A stretch of 64,000 nt of DNA from contig CAWHIJ010000003.1 in the NCBI GenBank assembly GCA_963829525.1, positions 2,464,001-2,528,000 on the forward strand, read 5' to 3'. The stretch is from an uncultured Actinomycetota bacterium. Its GTDB lineage: Bacteria > Actinomycetota > Actinomycetes > JAHEKZ01. The position numbers and the translations under genes are program-made. Numbering within the stretch: the first letter of the stretch is position 1; every line of letters starts with the position of its first letter. Positions 61,200-64,000 of the stretch are shown in pieces. The notes beneath the pieces are model-generated. The model was not told the origin of the DNA, made no database searches, and saw only the letters and a program-made list of their open reading frames with translations.

Positions 61200-62357
61200 C
61201 TAACCCTCGTCAGCGAGCGGAAGTGCCGCGGTCAGCCCGCGCAGCACCTCAAGAGCTCGCTGCTCGGCAACCTCAGGAGTTGAGGTCGGGTCAACCAGAA
61301 CGTCCGGCTCAATGCCACGGCCGTCGATAATGCGGCCGGCTGGAGTCAGGTAACGCCCGATGGTGAACTCGATGGCAGAGCCGTCCGGAAGAACGATCGG
61401 CTCTTGAACCGAACCCTTCCCGTAGGTCCGTGACCCGACCACCACAGCTCGGTTACGGTCCTGCAGGGCGGCAGCAACGACTTCGGCTGCGCTGGCCGTT
61501 CCCCCATCTACAAGCACAACCACGGGGACGGTGGTATTCCCGTTACTCAAGGCTTGGAGTACTCGATCGGGGGCGTCGCGCTGCTCGTACGACACCACGG
61601 GGCCACCATCGAGGAACGCCGAAGCCACCTCGACCGACTCATCGAGCAGGCCCCCGGGGTTGCCGCGGAGATCCAGCACGACGCCACCCGCATAGGTGCT
61701 GGGGTCGGCGGTCATAGCCTCGCGGACGCTGCGGCCCACCCCACGGGTGAAGGTCCTGATGTCAATGCGCGTCACACCGTCAGCGAGCTGCTCGATCGAG
61801 ACGTCGGAGGTGGTGAGAACCGAGCGGGTCAGTACCAAGTTCGACATCACCCCGCCGCGCAGCGCCCCGATCGAGACAGTGCTGCCACTTGGGCCCCGTA
61901 GCCGCTGAACGACCTCGCCCACCGAGCCACCCGAGGTGGGCCAACCGTCGACCGAAACGATCACATCGCCGGGAACGAGGCCAGCATCGGCAGCCGGTGA
62001 CTCGGATTGGACGCTGGACACCACCACACCTGTCCGACCGGCTCGCACCCAGAGCCCGACGCCTGAGTAGCGGCCTTCGAGAGCGTCTTCAAACGACGCG
62101 TACTCACTCGGGTCGTAGTACGAAGACCATCGGTCACCTAAGGACTTGAGCATCCCTTCAACCGCCGCGCGCTCAAGCTCTGAGCGGTTGACCGGCTCAG
62201 CCGCCGACTCTTCGATCCGGTCGGCGGCGGCATCGATCACACCATCGCTCGATGACGAGCTGCCAACCACACCGGTGACGACGCCGGCACCGTACGAGGC
62301 GCCGACGGCCAGCACGGCCGCAGACGCGACGACGATGCGGCGGGACAAGGGGGACAT
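61200..62357 (-). CDS. S41 family carboxyl-terminal protease (CtpA-like, PDZ)
   Basis: [58 protein letters not shown]. Confidence 0.92.
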   Translation of the reverse strand: MSPLSRRIVVASAAVLAVGASYGAGVVTGVVGSSSSSDGVIDAAADRIEESAAEPVNRSELERAAVEGMLKSLGDRWSSYYDPSEYASFEDALEGRYSGVGLWVRAGRTGVVVSSVQSESPAADAGLVPGDVIVSVDGWPTSGGSVGEVVQRLRGPSGSTVSIGALRGGVMSNLVLTRSVLTTSDVSIEQLADGVTRIDIRTFTRGVGRSVREAMTADPSTYAGGVVLDLRGNPGGLLDESVEVASAFLDGGPVVSYEQRDAPDRVLQALSNGNTTVPVVVLVDGGTASAAEVVAAALQDRNRAVVVGSRTYGKGSVQEPIVLPDGSAIEFTIGRYLTPAGRIIDGRGIEPDVLVDPTSTPEVAEQRALEVLRGLTAALPLADEG

Positions 62358-62452
62358 GCGGGCAAGTCTACGGTCGGGGTCGATCGGTTATCGACCACGC
62401 ACAGGGTGAGGCCCGTTTCTGGTCATTCCTCACCATCAAGTGAAGGGTGAGC

Positions 62453-63724
62453 CTACGGGCAGAACTCGGACTGAGGGGTCTTTGCGCCGCCGAACCAGCC
62501 CATCGGGTCGTGCGGCACTCCGTTGATGTGGACCTCAAAGTGCAGGTGGGGGCCGGTGGCGTACCCGGTCTCGCCCACGTAGCCGATGACATCGCCCTTC
62601 TGGACCCGCTGCCCGGGAGAGACGTTGAACGAAGACTGGTGGGCGTAGAAGGTGGAGAGGCCGTCACCGTGGTCGATCAAGGTGTTGTTGCCGTAAGGAC
62701 CTGAGAGCTCAGCCTTGGTCCAGATGACCACGCCTCCGCGAGCCGCCAAGATCGCAGTTCCCGAGCCGGCCGAAAGGTCGATGCCCGTGTGACAACTGCG
62801 GTACCCGTAGACCGGGTGAGTTCGCCAGCCCACGCCCTGGACCATTGGGGCGCCCGGTACCGGCCAGATCAATGCGCCAGATGGCAGACCCGCTCCACTG
62901 GATGCGGCATTGGCGATCTGTGCGGCCAGCGCATCTTGTGCTGCCTGAAGGTCCGCGAGCCGGTTCTCCTCCGCCTGCTTCTCCTCCTGGGCGACGGCCA
63001 AAGCACTGGAGCGCTGAGCAATCAAGGACTTGACCTCGCGCTGAGCGTCACGCGCCTCGCCGACGAGCCCTTTCAGGTCTTCAACCTGCTTCTCGGCCTC
63101 TGCCTCGGTCGCAGCGATGGCCTCCTCTGTCACCTGCATCTGCTGCTCACGGGCTGCGAGGACGGACTTATCGGCGTTCAGCCGATCGATGATCTCCGAC
63201 TGCGAGTCCGTAACCGACTGGGTGGCCATCACGCGCTGGACGAAATCAGTGGGTGATTCGGCATCGAGCACGACTTGCAGTTCGGCGTAACCACCCGTCT
63301 GGTACTGGTAGCGCACGATCCGTGCGATGAGGGTCTCGGAGCGAGTGATCCGCTTCTGAGCCTCGGCAATCTCCCTCTGGACCTTTTCTTGCTGCGCTTG
63401 AAGCTCGCGGAGGCGTTGGCGGATCAATGCGAGCCTGTCTCGGGCACTCGACAGGCGTCCGACAGCTGCGGCATAGACCGCTCGGGCGGAAGGCAACTTT
63501 GCTTGGGCTTCTTCGAGATCGGCCGCGGCCTGCCGCAGTCGCTTGGATGCACCCGCAAGCGCTGACTCGGTTTGGTTGATCTGCTGATCGAGCTGATCTG
63601 CCTTATCGATGAGGTCATCGGCCGAAGCGGGCACCAGGACCCCAGCCAGGAGGGCAGCCATCACCATGCCAGCGGCAACCAAAGCACGCGCTCGCACGAT
63701 CGACACCCTCCTTCCCCTTGTCAT
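62453..63724 (-). CDS. Coiled-coil M23 peptidase (EnvC-like FtsEX partner)
   Basis: Signal peptide, long coiled coil, HTGID, YGN..LIDH, TFYAHQS, TGPHLHFEV. Confidence 0.9.
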   Translation of the reverse strand: MTRGRRVSIVRARALVAAGMVMAALLAGVLVPASADDLIDKADQLDQQINQTESALAGASKRLRQAAADLEEAQAKLPSARAVYAAAVGRLSSARDRLALIRQRLRELQAQQEKVQREIAEAQKRITRSETLIARIVRYQYQTGGYAELQVVLDAESPTDFVQRVMATQSVTDSQSEIIDRLNADKSVLAAREQQMQVTEEAIAATEAEAEKQVEDLKGLVGEARDAQREVKSLIAQRSSALAVAQEEKQAEENRLADLQAAQDALAAQIANAASSGAGLPSGALIWPVPGAPMVQGVGWRTHPVYGYRSCHTGIDLSAGSGTAILAARGGVVIWTKAELSGPYGNNTLIDHGDGLSTFYAHQSSFNVSPGQRVQKGDVIGYVGETGYATGPHLHFEVHINGVPHDPMGWFGGAKTPQSEFCP

Positions 63725-63750
63725 CGGATCAATCCCCGAGGGACTTCACA

Positions 63751-64000
63751 TCACACTCGAAGGTACTTCAACAAGGTGAGATACGAGACGACAATGGAAA
63801 CGAGCAACCCGATTGACATGACAATCCCGCAAGTCACGAAGACGTGACTCCACTGGATCCAACTCGCCTCGTTGAAGGCAAAGGACTCCCGGAAGAGCCG
63901 GTCAATGAGCAGGTACTTGCCAAACATCAGGGCCACACAGGCAAGCAAGCCGCCGACAAATCCGGCAAAGGCCCCTTCGATGAGGAACGGCAGCTGGATA
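63751..64000 (-). CDS. ftsX: Cell division permease FtsX, C-terminal part (truncated by window edge)
   Basis: IQLPFLIEGAFAGFVGG ... LTLLKYLRV; position upstream of M23-S41-smpB. Confidence 0.88.
   Translation of the reverse strand, partial: IQLPFLIEGAFAGFVGGLLACVALMFGKYLLIDRLFRESFAFNEASWIQWSHVFVTCGIVMSIGLLVSIVVSYLTLLKYLRV

Overview
High-GC actinobacterial chromosomal window. Several genes carry single-base frameshifts, probably long-read consensus errors, and these are densest at 7.9-21.6 kb. Right end: core block ftsX(partial)-M23 peptidase-S41 peptidase-smpB. The tmRNA gene ssrA (36423-36793, minus) lies about 24 kb from smpB. The gap holds DUF2207, PhoX-like, YciI/DGPF plus ECF42-type sigma, and methyltransferase genes. 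It also holds the most notable feature: a BTAD/SARP regulator divergent from an operon encoding a [half-GAF]-PP2C-HATPase protein, two STAS proteins, a DUF1990-like protein and seven translationally coupled paralogous multi-TM proteins. Each TM protein stops where a GAF domain begins, and the phosphatase starts with the rest of a GAF domain. I infer a split-GAF system in which many interchangeable membrane sensors feed one partner-switching enzyme, with signs of N-/C-terminal module shuffling among the sensors. Downstream of ssrA are a 21-bp duplicate of the tmRNA 3' end, 10-bp periodic repeats and three degenerate copies of an element end. Together these suggest tandemly accreted integrase-less islands with metabolic cargo (MDR dehydrogenases, TetR, BBE-like oxidase, alkylsulfatase, GcvT-like). 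The left part carries HelD, amine oxidoreductases, arylsulfatase plus radical-SAM maturase, and a peptidase-AbgT-glutaminase cluster. No CRISPR array, rRNA, tRNA, integrase or transposase was recognised.
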